From Pseudidiomarina andamanensis (GTDB taxonomy: Bacteria > Pseudomonadota > Gammaproteobacteria > Enterobacterales > Alteromonadaceae): 32,000 nt of DNA. Location of the stretch: the NCBI RefSeq assembly GCF_009734345.1, contig NZ_CP032551.1:1470001-1502000 (forward strand). Direction: 5' to 3'. This document shows positions 16,559 to 30,029 of the stretch, piece after piece; position 1 is the stretch's first letter; each line of letters starts with the position of its first letter. A program made the position numbers and the translations under genes. Below the pieces are notes generated by a model. It worked only from the letters and a program-made list of their open reading frames with translations, had not been told where the DNA came from and did no database searches.

Positions 16559-17406
16559 TAAAGCCAGATACTTTGATATTCAGCACCGCGATCCTGCGCC
16601 AATAGTGGTGTCAAATAATCCATAATTTCATTTACTTGCTGCGTCAAACCAAACGGCGGATTAATAAAAAGCATACCGCAGCCATTCAGTTTTGTTCTGT
16701 CTACCGCAGTGCGAATGAGCAGGTCAACCGCAAATACTTTTTCAACCCCATTAATTGCTTTCACTTTTTGATGAAAATCGCCAATGGCTAACGGGTCTTT
16801 AATTGGATACCACACAGCATAAATACCGTTCGCCCAGCGTCGCACACCATCGGTCAGAGCACGTACTACTTGATCGAATTCATCACGCTGCTCAAACGGT
16901 GGATCAATAAGCACCATGCCACGCTTTTGTGGCGGCGGCAGTAACGCTTTGATTGCACCATAACCATTGGTGTGCTCTAACACCTTGATTTGTTTAGCTG
17001 CGGGAAATTCATTACGTACGTTTTCAGCTAAGGCGCCGCTGTCTTGCGGATGCATTTCACAGAGCGTTAAACTGTCTTGCGGACGCAAGTGTTGTGCACT
17101 AAACCACGGCGAGCCAGGATACCAGCGGAGCTCGTCTGGACTATTTACTTCTTTGACAAAATTGACATAGCGCTGAATGGCGGCAGGTAAATCGTCGCGC
17201 GCTAATAAACGCGCGATACCGTCAACCGCTTCACCGGTTTTTTGTGCTTGTTCACCCTGTAGGTCATACATACCAATACCAGCATGCGTATCAAGCAGCC
17301 AAAACGGCTTCTCTTTCTGCTGCAGATAATCCAACGCGACACACTGAAGAACGTGCTTTAAAACATCGGCAAAGTTGCCGGCATGGTAACTATGCCGATA
17401 ATTCAT
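16558..17406 (-). CDS. rlmJ: 23S rRNA (adenine2030-N6)-methyltransferase
   Basis: 282 aa with the diagnostic N-terminus MNYRHSYHAGNFADVLKH and the motif IDPPFE. Confidence 0.9.
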   Translation of the reverse strand: MNYRHSYHAGNFADVLKHVLQCVALDYLQQKEKPFWLLDTHAGIGMYDLQGEQAQKTGEAVDGIARLLARDDLPAAIQRYVNFVKEVNSPDELRWYPGSPWFSAQHLRPQDSLTLCEMHPQDSGALAENVRNEFPAAKQIKVLEHTNGYGAIKALLPPPQKRGMVLIDPPFEQRDEFDQVVRALTDGVRRWANGIYAVWYPIKDPLAIGDFHQKVKAINGVEKVFAVDLLIRTAVDRTKLNGCGMLFINPPFGLTQQVNEIMDYLTPLLAQDRGAEYQSIWL

Positions 17407-17832
17407 TTAAGCGTTCTCACCGTCAGTTTTGATGGTAAAGCTATGAGTAACGTTTACCGACGCCTCAAGCATCTTCGCGACTGAGCAGTACTTGTCTGCC
17501 GACAACGCCACGGCGCGCTCTACATGCTTCTCAGCAACATCTGTGCCGGTGACAATGAAATGAAGATGCACGTCGGTAAACACCGCAGGAACTGCGTCGG
17601 CTCGCTCACCTTTCACTTCACATTGAACACCGGTCACTTGCTGACGCGCTTTTTCTAAAATACTAACCACATCAACGGAGGAGCACCCACCAGCGGCCAT
17701 CAACACCAACTCCATTGGGCTTGCCGCTTCGGCTTTGTTACCGTCCATTGTCACCGCATGGCCTGAGCCAGATTTAGCCTCAAACACTAAACCGTCACGC
17801 CAATTTACTGTTGCATGCATGGTCGCCGCCAT
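17407..17832 (-). CDS. OsmC family protein (YhfA-like)
   Basis: 141 aa with the OsmC/Ohr fold pattern, including the conserved Cys pair (GGCSS ... DKYCSV). Its stop directly abuts the rlmJ start (TAAATG). Confidence 0.75.
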   Translation of the reverse strand: MAATMHATVNWRDGLVFEAKSGSGHAVTMDGNKAEAASPMELVLMAAGGCSSVDVVSILEKARQQVTGVQCEVKGERADAVPAVFTDVHLHFIVTGTDVAEKHVERAVALSADKYCSVAKMLEASVNVTHSFTIKTDGENA

Positions 17833-17857
17833 CGATAACTCCTCGCTTTATAGTTGG

Positions 17858-20355
<2,498 letters not shown>

Positions 20356-20373
20356 AGCGTGTCTCCGCTTCAA

Positions 20374-21597
<1,224 letters not shown>

Positions 21598-21743
21598 TCA
21601 TTGCCATTCAAATCGGTTCAAATTGACCTTCAAAGGAGGCCGTGTAAAGTGGCTATATTATCGCAGAAAAAAGCATCGGTGTCGTGTTCGACACACTGAA
21701 AAAATGGGGAGTTTTAGGTAACTTAGCTTGATTTGCAGGCGCG

Positions 21744-21759
21744 CTGCATAAGTATGCAG
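21744..21759. promoter_or_regulatory. Palindrome resembling an ARG box (candidate ArgR site) upstream of argD/astC
   Basis: CTGCATA-AG-TATGCAG. The inner 14-mer, TGCAT-AAGT-ATGCA, fits the TGNAT-W4-ATNCA ARG-box core. It lies about 160 nt upstream of the argD start. Confidence 0.3.
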
Positions 21760-21800
21760 AAGAACGTGATCCTACTGAATATCTAACGCACAAAATCTGG

Positions 21801-22388
21801 TCAGATTAGGTCGCAAAATTCCAAAAATCGCTTAAAAATGGCATGCCCGTGTTCTGTTTCAATGGCTTCTGGATGATATTGAACGCCCCAAACGGGCAGA
21901 CTCGCGTGGCGTATTCCCATCACCTCTTGTGCGCCGGTATCGCGATTCACCCAAGCATCAACAATCAGTTCATCGGGTAAACTATCGTGGTCGAGAAGCA
22001 ACGAATGGTAGCGAGCAACCGTAAAAGGTGACGGTAGGCCTTCAAACAAGCCTTGATTATTGTGGTGAAGCTCTGAAGTTTTGCCGTGCATGACTTGCTT
22101 GGCACGCACCACTTGCGCGCCAAACACTTGCCCAATTGCTTGATGACCTAAGCACACACCTAGTAGTGGAAGTTGGCCTGCAAACTTTTCAATCACCGGT
22201 AGCGAAATGCCTGCCTCATTTGGGGTGCATGGCCCAGGCGATATCACAATACCGGCGAGCGGCAGCTGCTGAATTTCCGCAAGGCTAATTTGATCGTTAC
22301 GAACAACTTTGACTTCAGCATTTAACTCACGCAAATAGCGCACCACATTGTGTGTGAACGAGTCATAGTTATCGATCATTAACAACAT
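21801..22388 (-). CDS. pabA: Aminodeoxychorismate/anthranilate synthase glutamine amidotransferase component II
   Basis: 195 aa class-I GATase with the catalytic GVCLGHQ and the HPE triad end (QYHPEA). It is adjacent to argD as in E. coli. Confidence 0.85.
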   Translation of the reverse strand: MLLMIDNYDSFTHNVVRYLRELNAEVKVVRNDQISLAEIQQLPLAGIVISPGPCTPNEAGISLPVIEKFAGQLPLLGVCLGHQAIGQVFGAQVVRAKQVMHGKTSELHHNNQGLFEGLPSPFTVARYHSLLLDHDSLPDELIVDAWVNRDTGAQEVMGIRHASLPVWGVQYHPEAIETEHGHAIFKRFLEFCDLI

Positions 22389-22391
22389 AAG

Positions 22392-23396
22392 TTATGGCCG
22401 CGGCACAAACCCAATCACGTCATACACTTTACGCAAGGTTTCTGCTGCGTGCGCACTCGCCGCTTCGGCACCTTTCGCCATCACTTGGTCAAGGTAAGCG
22501 CGATCATGACGTAGCTCACTGTAGCGCTGCTGAATTGGCTCCAACATGGCAACAACAGCGTCGGCAGTATCGCCTTTTAAGTGACCATACATTTTATCTT
22601 CGTATTCAGGTACCAAATCAGCAATTGAACGCCCCGTTGCCGCAGACAAGATAGATAGCAAATTCGATACGCCTGGTTTTTCTTCGGTGTCGAAGTAAAT
22701 ACGCGCCTGCTCATCCGAGTCGGTCACTGCACGTTTTAGCTTCTTGATAATTTTTTTCGGCTCTTCAAGCAGTCCAATAAAATTATTCGGGTTATCGTCT
22801 GACTTGGACATTTTCTTGGTTGGATCTTGCAAACTCATAATGCGAGCGCCAACTTCCGGAATAAATGGGTCTGGTATCGTGAACACCTCGCCATAAAGGT
22901 TATTGAAGCGGGTCGCCACATCACGAGCGAGTTCTAGGTGTTGTTTTTGGTCATTGCCGACTGGTACTTCGTTGGCTTGATATAACAAAATATCCGCCGC
23001 CATGAGTGCAGGGTAAGTATACAAACCGGCATTAATGTTGTTAGCGTGGCGATCGGATTTATCTTTGAATTGTGTCATCCGATTCAATTCGCCCATTTGG
23101 GTATAGCAGTTCAAAACCCAGGCCAATTGTGCATGCTCTGGAACGTGAGACTGAACAAAAATAACACTTTTCTCAGGATCAAGGCCACAAGCCATATACA
23201 ACGCCAACCCATCTAAGGTTGCCTCGCGCAGTTTTTCTGGTTCTTGGCGAACCGTAATCGCGTGCAAATCAACCAGCATAAAGCGGCAGTCATGAGTCTC
23301 TTGCATTTTTACCCACTGACGCAACGCGCCAATGTAATTGCCAATTGAAAGTTGTCCTGATGGCTGGCAGCCGCTTAGTACAATGGGTTTACTCAT
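22392..23396 (-). CDS. trpS: Tryptophan--tRNA ligase
   Basis: 334 aa with the class I signatures (GNYIGA in the HIGH-region position; KMSKS). Confidence 0.95.
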   Translation of the reverse strand: MSKPIVLSGCQPSGQLSIGNYIGALRQWVKMQETHDCRFMLVDLHAITVRQEPEKLREATLDGLALYMACGLDPEKSVIFVQSHVPEHAQLAWVLNCYTQMGELNRMTQFKDKSDRHANNINAGLYTYPALMAADILLYQANEVPVGNDQKQHLELARDVATRFNNLYGEVFTIPDPFIPEVGARIMSLQDPTKKMSKSDDNPNNFIGLLEEPKKIIKKLKRAVTDSDEQARIYFDTEEKPGVSNLLSILSAATGRSIADLVPEYEDKMYGHLKGDTADAVVAMLEPIQQRYSELRHDRAYLDQVMAKGAEAASAHAAETLRKVYDVIGFVPRP

Positions 23397-23411
23397 AATC
23401 TGTGTGTTCCG

Positions 23412-24086
23412 TTATTTAACTACTGTCGCAAGCTGCTGACGCATTTCGTCAATCACTTGCGCATAATCAGGTTGATTGAAAATGGCTGAACCGGCAACGA
23501 ACATATCGGCGCCCGCAGCTGCTATTTCAGCAATGTTATCGACTTTCACGCCGCCATCAATTTCAAGGCGAATGTCGCGTCCGCTAGCATCAATAATTTG
23601 TCGCGCTTGGCGCAATTTATCTAAGGTAGCCGGGATAAAGGCTTGCCCGCCAAAGCCTGGGTTTACCGACATCAATAAGATGACATCAACTTTATCCAAT
23701 ACGTAATCGAGATAATGAAGGGGAGTGGCTGGGTTAAACACTAAACCAGCTTGGCAACCTGCGGCTTTGATTTGCTGTAAAGAGCGGTCGATATGAGTTG
23801 ATGCCTCTGGATGAAAAGTAATAATTGAAGCGCCAGCCTCAGCAAAATCATCAATCATTCTATCAACAGGTTGCACCATTAAATGCACATCAATCGGTGC
23901 GGTAATTCCATAGTCACGCAACGCTTTGCACACCATCGGGCCAATGGTTAAATTGGGAACGAAATGGTTATCCATTACATCGAAATGAACAACGTCTGCG
24001 CCAGCAGAAAGCACGTTCTCTACCTCTTCACCGAGCCGCGCAAAATCTGCTGATAATATTGATGGTGCGATTAGAAAGTCGCGCAT
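23412..24086 (-). CDS. rpe: Ribulose-phosphate 3-epimerase
   Basis: It has the canonical N-terminus [16 protein letters not shown], then [12 protein letters not shown] and the motif [11 protein letters not shown] prefer the ATG at 24086 (GAGGTG SD) over the track's upstream start at 24125. Confidence 0.94.
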   Translation of the reverse strand: MRDFLIAPSILSADFARLGEEVENVLSAGADVVHFDVMDNHFVPNLTIGPMVCKALRDYGITAPIDVHLMVQPVDRMIDDFAEAGASIITFHPEASTHIDRSLQQIKAAGCQAGLVFNPATPLHYLDYVLDKVDVILLMSVNPGFGGQAFIPATLDKLRQARQIIDASGRDIRLEIDGGVKVDNIAEIAAAGADMFVAGSAIFNQPDYAQVIDEMRQQLATVVK

Positions 24087-24225
24087 AGGCACCTCACCTG
24101 TCAAAAAGTCGCTATAGTGTACCAAAGGTTAGTGCGCTTAGCAGTCAAAAAAATGCGTGAATTAGCTTGGCACTGGTGCCTTTTTCCTGCTATTTTATGA
24201 GTTCATTTATTAACCGGAGGTTCCC

Positions 24226-24528
24226 ATGAAACTGTCAGCAATGTCAGTCATTGTGGCTACAAGCATTGTGCTCACTAGCGCAATGGGAGCTTCTGCGTGG
24301 CATACACAGACCAGCAAGTCTCTCGAAGAATGCCAAGCACTGATGCAAAATAGCGAACAACCCAATGCTCAACAAGTTTGCCAAGCGCAACAGCAAAGTG
24401 TGACTTGGAGTAGTTGGTTCAGTGGTAAAAGTCGTTCAACCCAATTTCATTTCTTAGATTTATTCGAATTACTGTTTGGTTCATCAGAATCAAGCAAGCG
24501 TGACTATAACCGTCCAATTAATGGTTAA
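24226..24528 (+). CDS. Hypothetical small secreted protein (100 aa)
   Basis: It has a signal-like N-terminus (MKLSAMSVIVATSIVLTSAMGASA). The mature part is Q-rich with two Cys, and FHFLDLFELLFG forms an amphipathic C-terminal segment. An AGG SD (GGAGG) lies immediately upstream. I recognise no domain. Confidence 0.55.
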   Translation: MKLSAMSVIVATSIVLTSAMGASAWHTQTSKSLEECQALMQNSEQPNAQQVCQAQQQSVTWSSWFSGKSRSTQFHFLDLFELLFGSSESSKRDYNRPING

Positions 24529-24534
24529 GTCGTG

Positions 24535-24759
24535 ATGTCTTTAACGAAGACAAAAGTTAAACAACCTAATAAACCCTCCGTTATAGACATTATCATCAGC
24601 GTGCTCGCTGCTTTGTTTGGCGTGCAGTCTGACAAAAACCGACAGCGCGATTTCAATCACGGTAATCCAGTGATTTACGTCGCGGTCGGTGCCGTATTTG
24701 TCATCTTGTTTGTGCTAACGCTCGTGTTGGTGGTTAGCTGGGTTGTCCCAAGCTCGTAA
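24535..24759 (+). CDS. DUF2970-family small membrane protein
   Basis: ~74 aa. The motif VLAALFGVQSDKNRQRDF, flanked by two hydrophobic helices, matches my memory of DUF2970. The start is 6 nt after the preceding ORF (ATG 24535; GTG 24532 is also possible). Confidence 0.65.
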   Translation: MSLTKTKVKQPNKPSVIDIIISVLAALFGVQSDKNRQRDFNHGNPVIYVAVGAVFVILFVLTLVLVVSWVVPSS

Positions 24760-26791
24760 TTCCGGAATGGCGTAGCAACGCATCTACTTGCGGTTCACGG
24801 CCACGAAACTCTTTAAATAATTCCATCGCTTCGCGTGAGCCACCGCGTTCTAAAATTGCACGCAAGAAATCCTGTCCTGTTTCGCGATTGAAAATGCCCT
24901 CTTCTTCAAAGCGCGAATATGCATCGGCGGATAATACTTCAGCCCACTTATAGCTGTAGTAACCAGCGGCATAGCCCCCTGCAAAAATATGCCCAAAACT
25001 ATGTTGGAAGCGGTTGTAGGTTGGCGGTTTACGTACAGCAACCTCATCGCGCACGGCATCCAACGTCGATTGAATGGTATCACCTTGCTCCGGGTTGTAG
25101 TCGCGATGAATACGCAGATCGAACAAGCTAAATTCTAACTGTCGAACCATTTGCATCGCCGATTGGAAGTTTCGCGCTGCCAGCATGTTATCCAATAGCT
25201 CTTGAGGCAATGGTTCACCACTTTCATAGTGACCTGAAATCATCGCTAATGCTTCCGGTTCCCAGCACCAGTTCTCTAAAAATTGCGACGGCAATTCAAC
25301 TGCATCCCAAGCCACACCATTGATTCCTGATACACCAGCAACATCTACTTTCGTCAGCATATGGTGCAGGCCATGACCAAACTCATGGAATAGCGTCAGC
25401 ACTTCGTCATGGGTAAACAACGCCGGCTTGTCACCGACTGGCTTATTAAAGTTACAGGTGAGATAGGCAACCGGTAACTGTAACGCATGGCTAGCAGTAA
25501 CTCGTCGCACCGCGCACTCAGCCATCCAAGCACCACCACGCTTGCCTGAACGCGCATACAAATCTAAAAAGAAGCTGCCGCGCACGTCACCATTGTTATC
25601 AGTAATCACAAAGTAGCGCACATTCGGATGCCACGCAGAGACGGTATCTTGCTCTTCAATACGAATGCCGAACAGTGTTTGGACAACGTTGAACAGCCCT
25701 TTAACCACTTGGTTTTCTGGGAAGTAAGGGCGTAGTTGCTCATCCGAAATTGCATAACGTTGCTGTTTCAACTTCTCGCTATAGTAAGCAACATCCCACG
25801 CATCCAAATCATTCACGCCATATTCTTCATGCGCAAAATTAAGTACTTCTTGATAATCTGCGCGCGCCTGTGGCAAAGAACGCTGTGCTAAGTCTTGTAG
25901 AAATTGCTCGACCTGCGTCGTTGATTCGGCCATTTTTGTCGCTAACGACAGTGCTGCATAATTCTCAAAGCCGAGTAAAACGGCCAACTCATGGCGCAGT
26001 GCCAAGGTTTCGGCCATAATCTTCGAATTATCGAATTGCCCTGCTTGCGGCCCTTGCTCAGACGCGCGTGTGGTAAAAGCTTCATATAATGTACGCCGTA
26101 ATTCACTGTTATCGGCATAAGTCATGACTGGCAAATAGCTCGGAAAATCTAACCCGAAGCGCCAACCTTCCTGCTCATGCTCTTCAGCCGCCGCTTTCGC
26201 TGCAGCCACAGCGCTTTCCGGCAAACCTGCTAACTCGCTCTCATCGGTGACCAAATAGTGCCACCCGTCGGTTGCGTCGAGTAAGTTATTGCTAAACTGC
26301 GACGAAAGCTCTGACAACTTGGTTTGAATCTCAGCATAACGTTTCTTTTTATCTGCCGGCAGAGCGATGCCTGAAAGTTCAAAGTCTCGTAACGTGTCGG
26401 TAATGACTTTACGCTGCGCTTCGGTCAACTGATTGAATTCCTTGCTTTCTTTTAGCCATTTAAAGGCAAGATACAGCCCTTCATGCTGTCCCACGAAAGT
26501 GCCATATTCAGATAATAACGGCAGACATTGATCATGCGCTTCGCGTAATTCTTTTGAGCTAACCACAGCGTTTAAGTGCGAGATCGGTGACCAGCTGCGC
26601 TCCAACAAGTCATCCACTTGCTCAAGGGGTTCAACGAGGCCATCCCACGTAAAATCACCCTTCTCGATAACCTCAGCAATAGTGGCCTTACAATCACGAA
26701 TACGCTGCTCAATCGCCGGCACAATATGCTCAGGTTGAATCGCATCAAATGGCGGTAAATGGTAATCGCTGAGCAAAGGGTTTTGACTCAT
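24734..26791 (-). CDS. prlC: Oligopeptidase A (M3 family)
   Basis: 685 aa with the zinc site FHEFGHGLHH and a full-length M3A pattern. Confidence 0.94.
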   Translation of the reverse strand: MSQNPLLSDYHLPPFDAIQPEHIVPAIEQRIRDCKATIAEVIEKGDFTWDGLVEPLEQVDDLLERSWSPISHLNAVVSSKELREAHDQCLPLLSEYGTFVGQHEGLYLAFKWLKESKEFNQLTEAQRKVITDTLRDFELSGIALPADKKKRYAEIQTKLSELSSQFSNNLLDATDGWHYLVTDESELAGLPESAVAAAKAAAEEHEQEGWRFGLDFPSYLPVMTYADNSELRRTLYEAFTTRASEQGPQAGQFDNSKIMAETLALRHELAVLLGFENYAALSLATKMAESTTQVEQFLQDLAQRSLPQARADYQEVLNFAHEEYGVNDLDAWDVAYYSEKLKQQRYAISDEQLRPYFPENQVVKGLFNVVQTLFGIRIEEQDTVSAWHPNVRYFVITDNNGDVRGSFFLDLYARSGKRGGAWMAECAVRRVTASHALQLPVAYLTCNFNKPVGDKPALFTHDEVLTLFHEFGHGLHHMLTKVDVAGVSGINGVAWDAVELPSQFLENWCWEPEALAMISGHYESGEPLPQELLDNMLAARNFQSAMQMVRQLEFSLFDLRIHRDYNPEQGDTIQSTLDAVRDEVAVRKPPTYNRFQHSFGHIFAGGYAAGYYSYKWAEVLSADAYSRFEEEGIFNRETGQDFLRAILERGGSREAMELFKEFRGREPQVDALLRHSGITSLGQPS

Positions 26792-26901
26792 GGAGCTTCC
26801 TCTTGAATAATGCGTGAATACTTTTGTTCTGATTTTCTAGAAATTAGATATGGGGTGCTCGGCCTAATATCAAGGTCGACACTTAACAACAGGGAATTAC
26901 A

Positions 26902-29196
26902 ATGACACAAAACACATCCTATTGGCTACGCCAAACTTTCACTGCAGTGACTGCAGCGATTTTCATCACTGGTTGTAGCTCGTTACCGAGCATGAGTGAT
27001 ACTAACGCTACGTCATCGCCGCAAGGCTCTGAGGCGGTAAAATTCGACGAGTTATATGGTGAAGGTAAATTCAACGCACGCGGCGTTGGCCCAACGCGTT
27101 GGCTTGCTAACGGCAGTGGTTATACCGTTCTTGAAACCGCTGAGAATGGCGGCCAAGATCTGGTTCGATATCACCCTGAAACACAGCAACGCACAGTACT
27201 TGTAGAGGCAGAAAACTTACGCCCGAGTGCAACCGAAGAACCGTTAAACGTTGCGGATTACAGTTGGTCTGAAGACGGTAAAAAACTCTTAATTTTCACC
27301 AACACAAAACGTTCATGGCGTACTCACACCCTCGGTGATTATTGGGTATATAACTTATCAACCAAGCGCCTTCAGAAGCTTGGCGGCAACGCGGAAGCGT
27401 CGACATTACAGTTTGCAAAGTTTGACCCGCAGGCAACCCGTGTTGCTTACGTGATGAAAAACAACATCTATGTTGAAGATTTGAGCTCAAATAAAATCAC
27501 GCAGCTGACCGAAGACGGTAACGAGACCATCGTTAACGGTACCTTTGACTGGGTCAACGAAGAAGAGTTTTTCTTACGTGATGGCTTCCGCTGGAGTCCT
27601 GATGGCAAATCAATTGCTTATTGGCAGTTGGATACCGAAGGCACGCCGCTGTTTACCATGATCAATAACACCGATTCGTTGTATCCAACGCTGAAACAGT
27701 TTCCTTATCCGAAGGTTGGTGAAACCAATGCAGCCATGCGCATTGGTGTGATGCCAGCTAATGGTGGTGATACAACATGGATGAAGATACCAGGCGACCC
27801 GCGTCAAAATTATTTAGTCCGGATGCAGTGGGCAGGTAATAGCTCACAACTATTGATTCAGCAATTAACTCGCTCACAAGCAGTCAATACCGCTTATCTT
27901 GCCAACGCCCGCTCTGGTGCGGTGCGTGAGTTGCTACAAGAAGTGACTGAGAGCTGGGCTGAGTATGTTGATGACCTGCAGTTTATTGACGGCGGCAAAT
28001 CATTTACCTGGTTGAGCGAACGCAGCGGATTCCGTCATATTTATGTGGTGCAGCGCGATACTGGGCGTTTGAGCACAATCACCCGCGGCAACTGGGACGT
28101 TATCGAAGTGCTGCAAATTAATGAAAACGACGGCTGGGTTTACTTTATCGCATCACCTGAAACACCGTTAGAGCGCTACTTGTTCCGCGCGAGCCTTGAT
28201 GGCAGCGGCAAGCTTGAGCGGTTAACGCCAGACCAATCAGGAACTCATGGTTATCAGTTATCAGCTGACGCGAAGTACGCTGTACACACGTATTCAGACG
28301 TTGATAGCATGCCTGTGGTCGACATGATTTCACTGCCTGAGCATCGCCGTATTCGTGTCATCAAAGACAATCAGAATGCGCAAGATGCGTTTGATAAATT
28401 GAAACGCGGTATGTTTGAATTCTTTCAAGTGGAAGCACAAGATGGCTTGAAGCTCGATGGCTTTCTAATGAAGCCAGCTGACTTTGATGCCAGTAAAGAA
28501 TATCCAATCGTGTTCTACGTTTACGGTGAACCTTGGGGACAAACCGTTTCAAATAGCTGGGGCGGTGAGCGCTTCTTGTTTCATACCTACTTAACTCAGC
28601 AAGGCTACATTGTTGCCTCAGTTGATAACCGTGGTACTCGTTCGCCACGCGGTTTCGAATGGCGTCGCTCAATCTATAAAAACCTAGGTGACATTACCGT
28701 TCGTGATCAACATGACGCACTGCAAGCCATGTTAAAGCGTTGGGATTTCATTGATGGTAATCGCGTCGGCATCTGGGGCCACAGTGGTGGTGGTTCGCAA
28801 ACCTTAAACGCGCTGTTCCGTTACCCTGAAGCCTACCATGTCGGTATGGCGTTAGCGCCAGTGCCTGATCTCACCCTTTACGATACGATTTATCAGGAGC
28901 GTTATTCAGGCTTGTTGCCAGAGTCAGCCGACCGATATCGCGAAACGTCAGCGATTACCCACGCAGAAAATCTGCAAGGTGAGTTGCTACTGGTACACGG
29001 CACTGGCGATGATAATGTGCATTTTCAGGGCTCAGAACGCTTAGTGAATGAATTGATCAAGCACGGCAAGCAATTCGATTATTTTGCCTATCCAAACCGT
29101 ACCCACGGCATTAGCGAAGGCAAAGGCACCACGCAACATTTGCGTACGATGATGGTTGAATTCTTGAAGGAGAATTTACCGGTGAACGCGCCTTAA
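26902..29196 (+). CDS. S9B family serine peptidase, dipeptidyl-peptidase IV-like lipoprotein
   Basis: 764 aa with the lipobox FITGCSS and the DPP-IV propeller Glu-Glu motif FDWVNEEEF. The catalytic triad context is GIWGHSGGG / GTGDDNVH / NRTHG. Confidence 0.88.
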   Translation: MTQNTSYWLRQTFTAVTAAIFITGCSSLPSMSDTNATSSPQGSEAVKFDELYGEGKFNARGVGPTRWLANGSGYTVLETAENGGQDLVRYHPETQQRTVLVEAENLRPSATEEPLNVADYSWSEDGKKLLIFTNTKRSWRTHTLGDYWVYNLSTKRLQKLGGNAEASTLQFAKFDPQATRVAYVMKNNIYVEDLSSNKITQLTEDGNETIVNGTFDWVNEEEFFLRDGFRWSPDGKSIAYWQLDTEGTPLFTMINNTDSLYPTLKQFPYPKVGETNAAMRIGVMPANGGDTTWMKIPGDPRQNYLVRMQWAGNSSQLLIQQLTRSQAVNTAYLANARSGAVRELLQEVTESWAEYVDDLQFIDGGKSFTWLSERSGFRHIYVVQRDTGRLSTITRGNWDVIEVLQINENDGWVYFIASPETPLERYLFRASLDGSGKLERLTPDQSGTHGYQLSADAKYAVHTYSDVDSMPVVDMISLPEHRRIRVIKDNQNAQDAFDKLKRGMFEFFQVEAQDGLKLDGFLMKPADFDASKEYPIVFYVYGEPWGQTVSNSWGGERFLFHTYLTQQGYIVASVDNRGTRSPRGFEWRRSIYKNLGDITVRDQHDALQAMLKRWDFIDGNRVGIWGHSGGGSQTLNALFRYPEAYHVGMALAPVPDLTLYDTIYQERYSGLLPESADRYRETSAITHAENLQGELLLVHGTGDDNVHFQGSERLVNELIKHGKQFDYFAYPNRTHGISEGKGTTQHLRTMMVEFLKENLPVNAP

Positions 29197-29903
29197 TCGT
29201 CACTGTAGTCTAAATAGTGGTTGTTCAGCACGGTCACGCCGTGCTGACGCAACCATTGCTCTGCCTCTTCATAATCCGGCGAGTGACTCGCCACCAGTTG
29301 CCAAAACGCTTTACTATGATTAAATTCACGCAAATGGCAAAGCTCATGAATTACCACATTGCGTACAACCCATTCTGGCGCAAGCCATAGCTTCCAGGTA
29401 AAACGCAATTCGCGTTTACGTGTGCAATGCCCCCATTTACTGGTGAAGTCACCTACCGACCAGCCCGCGGGATTCAACTCGTGCGAGCTTGGCCACGACG
29501 CAAAAAAAGCATCAAGCCATGTTAACGCTTCCGATTTATACCAATTAATTACGGTACGTTTGGGTTCGTATTCCTGATTACTCCGCGCCGTAGTGGTTAC
29601 AAACAACTCACTGCCATAGCGTTCCGCAGTTTTCCTCGTGGCGACGGCTACTTTGAGTTTTAGCGGTTGTCCAAGCCAGCGCAAGCGTTCGCCCGACTGC
29701 CATTCACGAGGCGTTAAGCTTTCAAGCCGCTGCTGCTGGCGGTTTAGATGCTTCGAAATCCACTCATGCTTTTGTTGCACGAAATCGGCAATGATCGCCT
29801 CTGACATATGCCAAGGAGCCTGTACTTCCAATTTTCCTTGCGCAACCTTCAAAGCCAAGTTGCGTCGTTTTTTACTGCGATTGATTTGGTAGATAAGGCT
29901 CAT
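29193..29903 (-). CDS. DUF45 / YgjP-like M48-type zinc metallohydrolase
   Basis: 236 aa with the C-terminal signature HELCHLREFNHSKAFW. Confidence 0.8.
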   Translation of the reverse strand: MSLIYQINRSKKRRNLALKVAQGKLEVQAPWHMSEAIIADFVQQKHEWISKHLNRQQQRLESLTPREWQSGERLRWLGQPLKLKVAVATRKTAERYGSELFVTTTARSNQEYEPKRTVINWYKSEALTWLDAFFASWPSSHELNPAGWSVGDFTSKWGHCTRKRELRFTWKLWLAPEWVVRNVVIHELCHLREFNHSKAFWQLVASHSPDYEEAEQWLRQHGVTVLNNHYLDYSDD

Positions 29904-30029
29904 CGGTTTTTTCGTTGGTTAATTCTGGTCATTGGCGGGCTGTTGCATTGCACCCGCTGTCTTTTTCGGCGATCATAGCCTGATTCACATTATGAACCAT
30001 TACTCTAGCATGTCACAGGAGTTGAACAC

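Noticed and set aside
21679-21694. Short hairpin GTGTCG-TGTT-CGACAC between pabA and argD, considered as a pabA terminator
   Set aside because: The stem is only 6 bp, and on the minus strand the U-run starts 6 nt after it. The same bases also fit a possible -35 (ACGACA, 17-nt spacer, GATAAT) for argD. It is too ambiguous to call either way.
26834-26843. Perfect 10-bp palindrome TTTCTAGAAA in the prlC / S9 peptidase divergent region
   Set aside because: It is short and AT-rich, so chance occurrence is plausible, and I can assign no matching regulator family. It is mentioned only in the peptidase-cluster note.
29934-29965. GCGGG...CCCGC stem followed by a T-run upstream of gor
   Set aside because: The stem is only 5 bp. 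No plus-strand gene lies upstream for it to terminate, because it sits in the divergent YgjP-like/gor promoter region. It is probably fortuitous.
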